A stretch of DNA of 64,000 nt from Candidatus Gottesmanbacteria bacterium (lineage in GTDB: Bacteria; Patescibacteriota; Microgenomatia; UBA10105; UBA927), in contig CAIJMI010000005.1 in NCBI GenBank assembly GCA_903821745.1, positions 57,051 to 121,050 of the forward strand, read 5' to 3'. The number at the start of each line of letters is the position of its first letter. Position 1 is the stretch's first letter. Shown here piece by piece: positions 21,165 to 31,212 of the stretch. A program made the translations under genes and the position numbers. The notes under the pieces were generated by a model. It had not been told where the DNA came from and did not search any database. It saw only the letters and a list, made by a program, of their open reading frames with translations.

Positions 21165-22526
21165 ATGAATCTAGATCTTTCCATATTTAAAGATTATGAC
21201 GTTCGGGGTATCTATCCAAATCAAATGAACGGAGACGTTGCAAAACAGATTGCCTACGCAATTATCAGGCAATTTCATCCAAAAACTGTGGCAATCTGTC
21301 GTGATATGCGTCTTTCTGGTGAAGAAATCCGAAACGGGTTTGTTGAAGTTTTTACAAAACTTGGTGTGAATATATTTGATGCGGGACTCGTTGGCACGGA
21401 AATGCAGTATTTTATTGCAGGCACGAAGGATTATGACCTGGTAATCATGATTTCTGCATCCCACAATCCTTCCGAATACAATGGATTTAAGATGGTTTTA
21501 AAAGGTCCTATTGCCGTAACGAGTGACAGCGGTATGTATGCGGTACGAGATTTTATTAAAGACGGACCGCTTCCTGATGCACCGACGGCTGGAACAGTGG
21601 TAAAAATTGACGTATGGGCTGATTGGAAAGCAAAAGTGATGTCGCTTATTGATGTTTCGACATTTAAAAAGATGAATATTGTGGTTGATGCAGGAAACGG
21701 TATGGCCGGAAAAATTGTTGAGGCAATTTTTCCAGGGTTACCGTTTGAGCTAACGCCATTATATTTTGAGCCGGATGGTCATTTTCCTAACCACACACCA
21801 AATCCCTTGATTGCAAAAAATAATGAAATGTTACAAAAAACCATTCTGGAAAAACACGCTGATGTAGGACTGACATTTGATGGAGATGCAGATCGCATGT
21901 TTTTGGTTGATGATAAAGGCAGAATTGTCAGTGGAACCATAACAACGGCCTTGCTTGCCAGATATATTCTCAAAAAGTTTCCGGGCGAAATCATTCTCTA
22001 TAACGCAATTTGCGGTCGGATTGTGCCAAAAATAGTTGCCCAATATGGCGGAAAATCACAACGAGTTCGCGTGGGACACAGCTATATAAAAACCTACATG
22101 CGCGAAACCGGAGCAATTTTCGCAGGTGAACATTCCGGTCATTATTATCACCGGGACTTTTTCCGTGCAGAAAGCGGTATTCTCACTGCACTAATGGTTC
22201 TTTCTCTCCTTGGGGGAGAAACGAAAAAACTATCAGAACTGGTTGATGAACTTGACGTGTATCCTGCAAGCGGAGAAATCAATTTCACAACAGAAAAAAT
22301 TCCGCAGATTATTGAAGCAATTAAAACAGGATTTACGGACGCTGCAAGTAAAGACGAACTTGATGGAATGAGCGTTTGGTATCCGACGTATTGGTTTAAC
22401 GTACGAGCCTCAAAAACCGAGCCGGTAATCCGTTTAAATGTTGAGGCGGACACCAAAGAAATTTTAGACATAAAAACGAAAGAATTAATGGAGTTTATGA
22501 AATCAATGGGAGCAATTGTTAAATGA
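21165..22526 (+). CDS. phosphomannomutase/phosphoglucomutase
   Basis: Phosphoserine loop ISASHNPSEYNGFK and metal-binding loop FDGDADR; 453 aa. Confidence 0.9.
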   Translation: MNLDLSIFKDYDVRGIYPNQMNGDVAKQIAYAIIRQFHPKTVAICRDMRLSGEEIRNGFVEVFTKLGVNIFDAGLVGTEMQYFIAGTKDYDLVIMISASHNPSEYNGFKMVLKGPIAVTSDSGMYAVRDFIKDGPLPDAPTAGTVVKIDVWADWKAKVMSLIDVSTFKKMNIVVDAGNGMAGKIVEAIFPGLPFELTPLYFEPDGHFPNHTPNPLIAKNNEMLQKTILEKHADVGLTFDGDADRMFLVDDKGRIVSGTITTALLARYILKKFPGEIILYNAICGRIVPKIVAQYGGKSQRVRVGHSYIKTYMRETGAIFAGEHSGHYYHRDFFRAESGILTALMVLSLLGGETKKLSELVDELDVYPASGEINFTTEKIPQIIEAIKTGFTDAASKDELDGMSVWYPTYWFNVRASKTEPVIRLNVEADTKEILDIKTKELMEFMKSMGAIVK

Positions 22527-23353
22527 ACGACTCAGCTTTTTATTTAGAATTACAACAACAAGCCGAACGAATTGTCGAACAAGCCGCTAAAATTCTTGTG
22601 GCTAACGAACAATCGTTTACTATCGCGACACAAAAAGATATAGTGGATGTTGCAACAAGCGCTGACGTAGAAGTTGAAAAATACATTAAATCAGAAGTGA
22701 GGAAACTGTATACCAGTCATGGGTTTTATGGTGAAGAATTCGGTAAGGAAAATGCAGATGCAAAATATATCTGGATCATCGATCCGCTGGATGGAACAAA
22801 AGATTACGTTCGAGGAATGGGTCAATATAACTCATTAATTGCGGTAGAAGAGGATAAAAAACTTGTTGCAGGTGTGATTCGTCGCATCGGTCATAATCAA
22901 TTATTCAGTAGTTCCTTGGGGAACGGCGCATTCCGGGATAAAATAAATCGATTAACGGTTTCAAAAACGGATAAACTCGACGTGGCATTTATCGGTTCGA
23001 ATATAATGACAAAAGCAAAACAAACGCCGGAAGTCATGGATACATATCTGCGTTTGTTTAAACAGTTTATGTTATCTGCCTATCGGTTACGAACTCTTTG
23101 GGATGATTCACGATTGATAAGTTGGGTAGCACAAGGTTCTATTGATGCCACTCTTTGCTTACCCAATAGTCTTAAATGGTTTGACGTTGCGCCGGCAATT
23201 CTTCTTGCTGAAGAAGCGGGTGCCAAAGTAACAAACTGGAAAGGTGAACCAATAATTAATCATGATCTTTCTGAGGGAATTCTCGTTTCAAATGGAATAC
23301 TTCACGAACAATTACTAACCATTATACAAAAGGAGATTTATGCAAAATCTTGA
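22523..23353 (+). CDS. inositol monophosphatase family protein
   Basis: ...WIIDPLDGTKDYVRG... and ...WDDS.. motifs of the IMPase/SuhB family. Confidence 0.8.
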   Translation: MNDSAFYLELQQQAERIVEQAAKILVANEQSFTIATQKDIVDVATSADVEVEKYIKSEVRKLYTSHGFYGEEFGKENADAKYIWIIDPLDGTKDYVRGMGQYNSLIAVEEDKKLVAGVIRRIGHNQLFSSSLGNGAFRDKINRLTVSKTDKLDVAFIGSNIMTKAKQTPEVMDTYLRLFKQFMLSAYRLRTLWDDSRLISWVAQGSIDATLCLPNSLKWFDVAPAILLAEEAGAKVTNWKGEPIINHDLSEGILVSNGILHEQLLTIIQKEIYAKS

Positions 23354-24410
23354 TGACAACAATGCAATTACAGCGTTAGATCCCTCAAATGTGTTTGGAT
23401 CTATCGGGATGTTTCCTGATCAATGTGAAGCTTCATGGAAAGAAGCCTCAGGTGTTGTTTTTCCTGAAGAGTATAAAAAAGTAAAAAATATTGTTGTCTG
23501 TGGAATGGGCGGTTCACGCTTTACTCCACGAACGGTGAAAGAATTATTCCAAGAAAAAATTACCATTCCTTACGAAATAATCGACGGCTATGATATTCCA
23601 GGATACGTAAATAGCGAGACACTCGTTATCTTATCTTCCTATTCGGGAACAACGGAGGAAGTTATATCCTGTGGCAAACAAGCGTTAGAAAAAAAGGCAA
23701 AAGTAGCGGGCATTGCATTTGGTGGGGCAATAATTGATCTTCTCAAGACCAATAATTTACCACACTATCAATTTGACGCAAAGAAAAATCCTTGTGGTCA
23801 ACCACGAGTTGGTGGTGGATATTTGCTCATGGCGCACATGGCGTTTTTAAAAAACCTTGGGTTTTTGGTGCTGACAAACGAAGAGGTAGATAAGGCAATT
23901 GCATTTAGTAGAGAGGCCGGCGCAAAAATGAATGGCATGGTCGTAACAACAAATAATCAGGCAAAACAACTTGCCATTGAACTTAAAGAAAAGCATGTCT
24001 TTTTTGTTGCTGCAGAATTTATGCGCGGTTTTGTAAACGGATTTGCCAACCAAATGAATGAGACGGCAAAAAATATATCTGATTTTCGGTATATTCCGGA
24101 GCTTAATCACCATTTACTTGAAGGTCTCAAACATCCGGAAACCCTCCATCAAAATGGGATTTTTGTTTTTCTTGAGTCGTCGCTCTATAGTCCGAAAATT
24201 CAAAAACGGTTTGCAATAACGAAAGATGTGGTCGGGCAACAGCATGTGCAAACAAAATCAGTGTTGTTTACGGGATCTGATAAACTTTCTCAAGTTTTGG
24301 AAGGCTATGTGCTTGCAGGATATGCAACGTTCTACCTTGCGATGCTTTATGATACTGACCCCGTAGCAATTCCGTGGGTTGATTATTTCAAAGCCCAGCT
24401 TGCAAAATGA
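23340..24410 (+). CDS. bifunctional phosphoglucose/phosphomannose isomerase (archaeal-type SIS-domain PGI/PMI)
   Basis: SIS motif ...VVCGMGGSRF...; the ~350-aa size and overall pattern match the PGI/PMI family found in archaea and CPR. Confidence 0.65.
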   Translation: MQNLDDNNAITALDPSNVFGSIGMFPDQCEASWKEASGVVFPEEYKKVKNIVVCGMGGSRFTPRTVKELFQEKITIPYEIIDGYDIPGYVNSETLVILSSYSGTTEEVISCGKQALEKKAKVAGIAFGGAIIDLLKTNNLPHYQFDAKKNPCGQPRVGGGYLLMAHMAFLKNLGFLVLTNEEVDKAIAFSREAGAKMNGMVVTTNNQAKQLAIELKEKHVFFVAAEFMRGFVNGFANQMNETAKNISDFRYIPELNHHLLEGLKHPETLHQNGIFVFLESSLYSPKIQKRFAITKDVVGQQHVQTKSVLFTGSDKLSQVLEGYVLAGYATFYLAMLYDTDPVAIPWVDYFKAQLAK

Positions 24411-24455
24411 GGAAGCCCTCTTGCACGAATTGAAAATATTCTCCATACTGAATAT

Positions 24456-26723
24456 ATGGCGAAAAAATTCGTTGTATGGTTTCGTGATGTAGGAAAAGAA
24501 GATATTCCGCTCGTTGGTGGGAAAGGTGCAAATTTAGGTGAAATGACAAAGGCGGGTTTTCCTGTTCCCAATGGATTTATCGTTACAGCTGATGCCTATC
24601 ATCAGTTTCTTGACGAGAATCATTTGCGGGATAAAATCGTATCCATTATAGAAGGCCTCAATGTTGAATCATCCAAGGACCTTGAAAAGGCATCAAAGGA
24701 AGTACGTTTTGTCATTGAACACGCGCCTATTCCAAAAGCAATTGCACAAAAAATATTTCAGGCGTATTTTCAACTCGAAAAAGGGATTTTTAAACATCCG
24801 CTCGTGGCTGTTCGATCATCAGCAACAGCCGAAGACCTTCCAAATGCCTCATTTGCAGGCCAGCAAGAAACATTTTTAAATGTGAAGGGCGAAGCAAATC
24901 TTCTGGAAAAAATTCGGGAATGTTGGGCATCACTCTTTACCGCTCGAGCAATTTTTTACCGACAGACAAATCATTTTGATCATTTTCGTGTTGGAATAGC
25001 TGTTCCTGTTCAAAAAATGGTCGAATCAGACAACTCCGGCATCATGTTTACCATTGATCCCGTAACGAATAACAAAGAGCACGTTGTTATTGAAGCAATT
25101 TATGGTCTTGGAGAAATGATTGTACAGGGTATGGTGACACCAGATCATTATGAAGTAGACAAAAAATCAAATGATATCATTAAGAAAATTGCCAAAACAC
25201 AGGAAAAGATGATGCTTCGAAAGGATGGAAAAAACGTAATTATTCCGCTTTTAAAAAAAACCGGAGAAAAAATAAAACTCACCGATAAACAGATACTTAC
25301 ACTTGCCACTCTTGGAAAACAATTAGAAAAGCATTATTACTTCCCGCAGGACAGTGAATGGGCGATTGAGAAGAACAAAGTTTATATTGTTCAAACCCGT
25401 CCGGTAACAACAATCGGCATGAAGTCGGAAAACGCATCTTCATCAACGGTGAAAGAACAGGATGTCATTGCCCAAGGTGATCCAGCAAGTCCAGGTATTT
25501 CATCAGGACCCGTAAAAATTCTCTCAAGTGCCAAGGAAATTGGAAAAATTATGCACGGTGACATTCTTGTTGCCGAACAAACAAATCCCGATTATGTGCC
25601 AGCAATGAAAAAAGCTACAGCAATTGTAACCGAACGCGGAGGTCGAACATCTCATGCAGCCATTGTTTCCCGCGAGCTTGGAATTCCAGCAGTTGTCGGA
25701 ACAGAAGGAATCATGAAAAGTGTAAAAGACGGCATGGTTATAACGGTTAACGGTTCAACCGGCGTTATTTCCAAAGGTGCACTGACTGCCAGTTCCTTAA
25801 AAGTTCCGGTTACACAAATGAAACATATTAAAACTGCGACAAAAGTATATGTCAATCTTGCAGAACCCGAACGGGCAGCAGCAATTGCAAGAATGGATGT
25901 TGACGGCGTCGGACTTTTACGGGCTGAATTTATGATTGCAGGTATCGGAACGCACCCAAAAAAATTAATTGCTGACCACAAAGAACATATTTTTATCGAC
26001 ACGCTTGCAGATCAGCTGGCAACATTTTGTAAAGCATTTTCTCCGAGGCCTGTTATTTATCGTGCAACAGATTTTAAAACAAATGAATACCGAAGCCTAA
26101 AAGGTGGAAATCTCTATGAACCAGAAGAATCCAATCCCATGCTTGGCTTTCGAGGAGCTGCACGGTATGTTGCTGATCAGCGCGTATTTGAAATGGAACT
26201 TGCTGCCATTAAGCAAGTACGAAATAAGCACAACTTAAAAAACCTTTGGTTCATGGTTCCTTTTGTCAGGACGCCGCAAGAGCTGTTGAAAATTAAACAA
26301 ATTATGGCCGCAAATGGGCTCACAAGGTCGTCAAATTTTAAATTATTCTTAATGGTAGAAATTCCAACCAATGTCATAAGATTAGACGATTTCTTGGATG
26401 TTGGCGTTGATGGCGTCTCCATTGGATCAAACGATTTAACTATGCTTATAATGGGAACTGACCGCGATAATAGCGAAGTTGCCAAAGAATTCAACGAACA
26501 GGATCCCTCCGTCTTATGGGCCTTCGAAAAAACAATCAAAACCTGTATTAAACGAAATGTGACGGTGTCCATATGCGGTCAGGCCCCTTCAGATTATCCT
26601 GACTTGGTTGAAAAATTAGTATCTTGGGGTATAACTAGTGTTTCACTTAATCCCGATGCAGTTGAGCACGTTCGAGAAATAATTGCCCATGTAGAAAAAA
26701 GACTGGTAACAAAAACAAAATAA
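24456..26723 (+). CDS. ppsA: phosphoenolpyruvate synthase (pyruvate, water dikinase)
   Basis: N-terminal ATP-grasp region, phospho-His domain ...GGRTSHAAIVSRELGIPAVVG... and a C-terminal PEP-utilising TIM barrel; 755 aa. Confidence 0.9.
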   Translation: MAKKFVVWFRDVGKEDIPLVGGKGANLGEMTKAGFPVPNGFIVTADAYHQFLDENHLRDKIVSIIEGLNVESSKDLEKASKEVRFVIEHAPIPKAIAQKIFQAYFQLEKGIFKHPLVAVRSSATAEDLPNASFAGQQETFLNVKGEANLLEKIRECWASLFTARAIFYRQTNHFDHFRVGIAVPVQKMVESDNSGIMFTIDPVTNNKEHVVIEAIYGLGEMIVQGMVTPDHYEVDKKSNDIIKKIAKTQEKMMLRKDGKNVIIPLLKKTGEKIKLTDKQILTLATLGKQLEKHYYFPQDSEWAIEKNKVYIVQTRPVTTIGMKSENASSSTVKEQDVIAQGDPASPGISSGPVKILSSAKEIGKIMHGDILVAEQTNPDYVPAMKKATAIVTERGGRTSHAAIVSRELGIPAVVGTEGIMKSVKDGMVITVNGSTGVISKGALTASSLKVPVTQMKHIKTATKVYVNLAEPERAAAIARMDVDGVGLLRAEFMIAGIGTHPKKLIADHKEHIFIDTLADQLATFCKAFSPRPVIYRATDFKTNEYRSLKGGNLYEPEESNPMLGFRGAARYVADQRVFEMELAAIKQVRNKHNLKNLWFMVPFVRTPQELLKIKQIMAANGLTRSSNFKLFLMVEIPTNVIRLDDFLDVGVDGVSIGSNDLTMLIMGTDRDNSEVAKEFNEQDPSVLWAFEKTIKTCIKRNVTVSICGQAPSDYPDLVEKLVSWGITSVSLNPDAVEHVREIIAHVEKRLVTKTK

Positions 26724-26729
26724 TGTTTT

Positions 26730-28010
26730 ATGGCGCAACCTGCCGATACAACTATCTATGGAATATATGCTCGGGAAATAATTAATTCTCGTGCAACCCC
26801 AACGCTCGAAGCAACAGTTATACTGCAAAGCGGCTATCGTGGAACTGCATCGGTATCAACAGGAATGGCAATTGGCAAATTTGACTGCCAGGAACTTCGT
26901 GATGATGACCAAAATCGTTTTGACGGGTTTGGGGTAAAAAATGCAGTGAATCTTATCAATGCGACAATTTCAAATGCTCTTCGCGGCAAGCCCGCAGATG
27001 ATCAATCTCTCATTGATAAAACGATGATTGAGCTTGATGGAACGCCGAATAAATCTAAACTTGGTGCAAATACCCTATTGACCGTATCCCATGCTGTTGC
27101 GGTAGCGGCTGCAAATGCACGTCTTACGCCGCTTTATACATATTTAAATGCAATGTACACACAATATCACCAAACTGAAGTGAAACGTATTCCAACGCCA
27201 ATTTTTAATATTGTTAATGGTGGCAAACATGGTGCAGGAAATTTAAATTTTCAGGAGTTCCAAATTATTCCAGCATCAAATAAAACATTTCCTGAAAGTT
27301 ACCAAATGGGTGTTGAAATTTATAGAGCAACGCAAAAAATACTCGCATTTCGGAATGCAGGTCAATCTGTTGGAGATGAAGGTGGTTTTACACCCAATCT
27401 ATTTACTAATACTGATGCTATTGAAATCGTACTTGAAGCAATAAAATCATCAACGTATCAATTTGGGATTGACACATTTTTAGGACTTGACCTTGCAGCC
27501 ACACTTTTTAAAACAGACCAAGGATATCTTATTAAAGATCGAGCTGCCGCCTACACCACAAAAGACTTTATTCAATATTTAAAAGACATTCATGCAAAAT
27601 ATAGAATATTGTATTTGGAAGATCCGCTTGAGGAAAATGACTGGTTCGGTTGGACCGCCATTACAAAAGAGATGGATAAAGATACCCTTATTGCAGCTGA
27701 TGATCTCATTGCGACAAATAAAACACGTCTTGAACGAGCAATACGGGAAAAGGCCTGTTCGGCAATTTTAATTAAACCAAATCGTATTGGAACATTGTCT
27801 GAAGTGTTTGATGTGATTGCCCTTGCCAAAAAAAATGACATGAAATGTATTATCTCCCATAGGTCGGGTGAAACAAACGATACATTTCTCGCTGACCTAG
27901 GCGTTGCGGTTCAGGCAGACTACGTGAAATTTGGTGCCCCAGCCCGTGGTGAGCGGGTTGCCAAATACAACAGATTGCTTGAAATTTCAACACAACTTTT
28001 TACGAAATAA
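26730..28010 (+). CDS. eno: enolase
   Basis: ...IINSRATPTLEA... N-terminus, ...SHRSGETNDTFLADLGVA... and ...RGERVAKYNRLLEI... signatures; 426 aa. Confidence 0.95.
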   Translation: MAQPADTTIYGIYAREIINSRATPTLEATVILQSGYRGTASVSTGMAIGKFDCQELRDDDQNRFDGFGVKNAVNLINATISNALRGKPADDQSLIDKTMIELDGTPNKSKLGANTLLTVSHAVAVAAANARLTPLYTYLNAMYTQYHQTEVKRIPTPIFNIVNGGKHGAGNLNFQEFQIIPASNKTFPESYQMGVEIYRATQKILAFRNAGQSVGDEGGFTPNLFTNTDAIEIVLEAIKSSTYQFGIDTFLGLDLAATLFKTDQGYLIKDRAAAYTTKDFIQYLKDIHAKYRILYLEDPLEENDWFGWTAITKEMDKDTLIAADDLIATNKTRLERAIREKACSAILIKPNRIGTLSEVFDVIALAKKNDMKCIISHRSGETNDTFLADLGVAVQADYVKFGAPARGERVAKYNRLLEISTQLFTK

Positions 28011-28011
28011 T

Positions 28012-28767
28012 ATGACAGATCGATCGATCATCATGAAAAAAAATAAAGTATTTTTGCTTGCCTATGACCAAGGGTTTGAACACGGTCCGACCGATTTTAA
28101 TGAAAAAAATGTTGATCCAGAATTTGTTTTAAACATTGCGCGAAAATCCAATGTCTATACCGGAATTATTTTTCATGAAGGTATTGCAGAGAGCTACTAT
28201 GACCCAAAAGTTGAAAAAACGCCGCTTATTATTAAACTCAATGGAAAAACATCATTCCATAAAGATGAGGAACCATATAGTCCGCAGCTTTGCACGATCA
28301 AAGAAGCGATACGATTGGGGGCAAAGGCAGTCGGGTACACCATATATATAGGAAGTGAGCACGAAGCCACCATGATGAAGGAGTTTAGCCAAATTGAAGA
28401 TGAAGCGCACGCGGCAGGACTTGTCGTCATATTGTGGGCATATCCACGGGGAAAAAATGTTGCAGGACGGGAAAATACCCGCGAAACGCTTTCCTATGCA
28501 GCACGGCTTGGATTAGAACTAGGTGCTGATTTTGTAAAGTTGCCCTACACAGGTGACAAAGACTCATTTCGGTGGGTTGTCGAGTCAGCTGGGAAAACCG
28601 GGGTACTTGTTCAGGGTGGAGCCAAAAAAACAGAAGAAGAATTTTTGCAGGAAATCCGGGAATGTATATCCATTGGCGTTGCAGGATTTGCGGTTGGGCG
28701 AAATATTTGGCAATCAGATGACCCAGTTGAGTTGTCAAAAAAGGTAGCGGCAATACTATATGGATAA
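28012..28767 (+). CDS. class I fructose-bisphosphate aldolase, archaeal/DhnA type
   Basis: ...LLAYDQGFEHGP... and ...ADFVKLPYTG... match DhnA-type class I FBA. I placed the start at the ATG at 28012; the ORF-track start at 27931 would overlap eno. Confidence 0.7.
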   Translation: MTDRSIIMKKNKVFLLAYDQGFEHGPTDFNEKNVDPEFVLNIARKSNVYTGIIFHEGIAESYYDPKVEKTPLIIKLNGKTSFHKDEEPYSPQLCTIKEAIRLGAKAVGYTIYIGSEHEATMMKEFSQIEDEAHAAGLVVILWAYPRGKNVAGRENTRETLSYAARLGLELGADFVKLPYTGDKDSFRWVVESAGKTGVLVQGGAKKTEEEFLQEIRECISIGVAGFAVGRNIWQSDDPVELSKKVAAILYG

Positions 28768-29752
28768 AACAACAGTTCTTGTTATCGGAGATGTTGCCTT
28801 TGATGTCTTTATGGCACCTCAAATAGGTGAGACGCTTCCACAAATGAGGGCGGAGGAAAAATACATCTGTTTTCCATATGGTGACAAGATTCCCGTTGAA
28901 CATCTCGAATCATTTCCAGGAGGTAACGCGACAAATGTTTCCATTGGGCTACAACGTTTGGATATTCCATCTACAATTCTAACCACAATTGGAACGGATA
29001 ATATCAGTAAAGTTATTTTTGGGGAATTGCAACATGAAGATGTTGGCATGGAGTATGTAACGGTACAGGCTGGTATTTCATCAAATTATTCGACGATTAT
29101 TTCCTATCAGGGTGAACGAACAATTTTTACATATCATGCTCCCAAAAAATACGTCTATGAAAAAATTGACCCCCTACCTCCCTATATCTACCTTACATCA
29201 ATGGGTGAACGATTTCTACCTTACTATCAGGAACTCATAAATCATCTCATTGAATCACCAAAGATCATTCTTATGTTTAATCCCGGAAGCCTACAAAAAC
29301 GTGCACCAATTGAAGACATACATATGGTCCTGAAACGAACAAATATTCTGTTTGTCAATCGTGAAGAAGCAGAAACGTTTAGTGAAGTATCAAACAGTGA
29401 AGGGAAGGAAAAGGAAATATTGCAGGTGCTCCAAAAACTTGGGCCAAAAACAGTCATCATGACGGACAATGAAAAAGGCGTTTATGGGACAGATGGAACA
29501 CACTATGTCCATATGTCCATAATTCCTGTAACAGTCCTTGAAAAAACCGGCGCAGGAGATTCCTTTAATTCCGGATTTATTGCAGCAATATTGAAGGGGT
29601 TATCATTTGAAAAAGCACTCCAATGGGGCACCATGAATGCAGCCTCCGTTATTGGGTATGTTGGAGCACAAAAAGGGCTACTGCATACAAAGGATATTGA
29701 CTCCTGGTCCCGAATGTTTGATAACGCGAAAGTAACCACCGAAGAGTTATAA
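28760..29752 (+). CDS. PfkB-family carbohydrate kinase
   Basis: C-terminal ...TGAGDSFNSGFIAAILKG... (PfkB signature 2) and an N-terminal GG dipeptide region. It lies within the glycolytic gene cluster. Confidence 0.8.
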   Translation: MDKTTVLVIGDVAFDVFMAPQIGETLPQMRAEEKYICFPYGDKIPVEHLESFPGGNATNVSIGLQRLDIPSTILTTIGTDNISKVIFGELQHEDVGMEYVTVQAGISSNYSTIISYQGERTIFTYHAPKKYVYEKIDPLPPYIYLTSMGERFLPYYQELINHLIESPKIILMFNPGSLQKRAPIEDIHMVLKRTNILFVNREEAETFSEVSNSEGKEKEILQVLQKLGPKTVIMTDNEKGVYGTDGTHYVHMSIIPVTVLEKTGAGDSFNSGFIAAILKGLSFEKALQWGTMNAASVIGYVGAQKGLLHTKDIDSWSRMFDNAKVTTEEL

Positions 29753-29756
29753 ATAG

Positions 29757-30440
29757 TTAAAATATAACAACTAACTCACCTTTTACATCATTCAGTCTTT
29801 CTTTTGCCTCTTTTATTGTACCTCTCCAGGCATTTTCATGAACTTTCGTGAGTTCTCGAATAATGGCGATCTGCTTTGACAGGCCAAATACTGATTCGAT
29901 ATCAAGTAGAGTTTGGCTAAGCTTATGCGGAGCGCAATAGGAAACAACGGTATTGCCTGCTGTTTTTAATTCTTCGAGAAGTTTCATACGGTGTCCCTGT
30001 TTTTCAGGCAAATACCCGACGAAAGTCCAATGATTCACCGGAAATCCGGAAAGCTGTAACGCAGGAAGTATTGCGGATGCCCCTAGAACCGGTGTTACTA
30101 AAATATTTCTTTTTATTGCTGCCTCTACAAGCCGATAGCCAGGATCGGAAATCATTGGGGTCCCTGCGTCTGAAACAAGCGTAATTGAAGTACCATTTTT
30201 AAGAAATCCGATAAGTTCTGGAACAAGTTTTTCTTCATTCTTATCGTGATATGCAATGAGTTTTGGTGTGATATCGCCAACATACGTTGGAAATCGCTCT
30301 TTTAAAATGGCCAAGAGCTGTCCTGTTTGTCTGGTATCTTCACATGCGATAATTTCAGACGAAAAAATAGTTTTTAATGCACGAATGGAAATATCATCAA
30401 TATTCCCAATAGGTGTGGAGACAAGAAATAAGGTTGCCAT
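29757..30440 (-). CDS. rsmI: 16S rRNA (cytidine1402-2'-O)-methyltransferase
   Basis: ...LFLVSTPIGNIDDISIRALKTI....IACEDTR... tetrapyrrole-methylase fold typical of RsmI. Confidence 0.85.
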   Translation of the reverse strand: MATLFLVSTPIGNIDDISIRALKTIFSSEIIACEDTRQTGQLLAILKERFPTYVGDITPKLIAYHDKNEEKLVPELIGFLKNGTSITLVSDAGTPMISDPGYRLVEAAIKRNILVTPVLGASAILPALQLSGFPVNHWTFVGYLPEKQGHRMKLLEELKTAGNTVVSYCAPHKLSQTLLDIESVFGLSKQIAIIRELTKVHENAWRGTIKEAKERLNDVKGELVVIF

Positions 30441-30457
30441 AGACGTATTATACGCGT

Positions 30458-31087
30458 TTAGGAGACAGAATAGCGGCGTATGACCCCGACCACACGTCCT
30501 TGTATTTTTACGTGGGTGGTAAAAATAGGAGACATGGTGGAATTAGCCGGCATCAGTTTGATTCGATCTTTTTCAAAATAAATGCGTTTAAGTGTCGCAA
30601 ATCCATTCGGAAGAAGGGCAACAACAATATCTCCATTCTTTGCGTCCTGTTGGTGCTGTACAACAACGTAATCTCCATCAAGGATTCCGTCATCAATCAT
30701 GGATGTTCCTTTGACCTGCAACACGTAATTAGCCTTTTCTTGGGAAATCATTCCTGGTGCAACAGCCATGTACTGATTAGGGTCTGTAAATGGCTCCAAT
30801 GGTTGCCCTGCGGCAATGTAGCCTAGGATTGGTAACTCTACTGCAGCTTCGGTTGACCCAACACGGTATTGCTCTTTGACTACTTCAATACCGCGAGCCG
30901 TACCATCAAGTTTTCTGACAAAGCCTTTATCTCGAAGACGGCTAATGTGTTCATGCACCGTTGCAACCGATCCAATACCGACAGATGCACCCATTTCTTT
31001 GAGTGTTGGTGCATACCCATACCGTTGAATGAATTGCGTGATAAACTCTAAGAGTTGACGTTCTTTCGGATATAATGTTGCAGTCAT
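30458..31087 (-). CDS. lexA: LexA repressor
   Basis: N-terminal wHTH (...LTPKERQLLEFI....GYAPTLKEMGASVGI...) and C-terminal S24 peptidase with catalytic Ser/Lys (...VKGTSMID.GI.DGDYVVV... and ...TLKR...). Confidence 0.9.
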   Translation of the reverse strand: MTATLYPKERQLLEFITQFIQRYGYAPTLKEMGASVGIGSVATVHEHISRLRDKGFVRKLDGTARGIEVVKEQYRVGSTEAAVELPILGYIAAGQPLEPFTDPNQYMAVAPGMISQEKANYVLQVKGTSMIDDGILDGDYVVVQHQQDAKNGDIVVALLPNGFATLKRIYFEKDRIKLMPANSTMSPIFTTHVKIQGRVVGVIRRYSVS

Positions 31088-31113
31088 ATATTAAATAAAA
31101 ACCGAATGTGTGT

Positions 31114-31130
31114 TACTATTAATGGTAGTA
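31114..31130. promoter_or_regulatory. candidate LexA operator (SOS box): palindrome TACTA-N7-TAGTA
   Basis: A perfect 5-7-5 inverted repeat, tactattaatggtagta, lies in the 125-bp divergent intergenic region between lexA (-) and uvrB (+). Confidence 0.5.
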
Positions 31131-31212
31131 TTTCATACAAAACACGAACCGTCAATAGTATTTATTATAAACAAACCGTATCAAATTTGACAAAGACCGA
31201 ACAGAAAACCAT

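Noticed and set aside
27931-28011. Upstream extension of the class I aldolase ORF (track start at 27931)
   Set aside because: This would overlap the last 80 nt of enolase in another frame. The in-frame ATG at 28012, 2 nt after the eno stop, gives a normal aldolase N-terminus, so I moved the start there.
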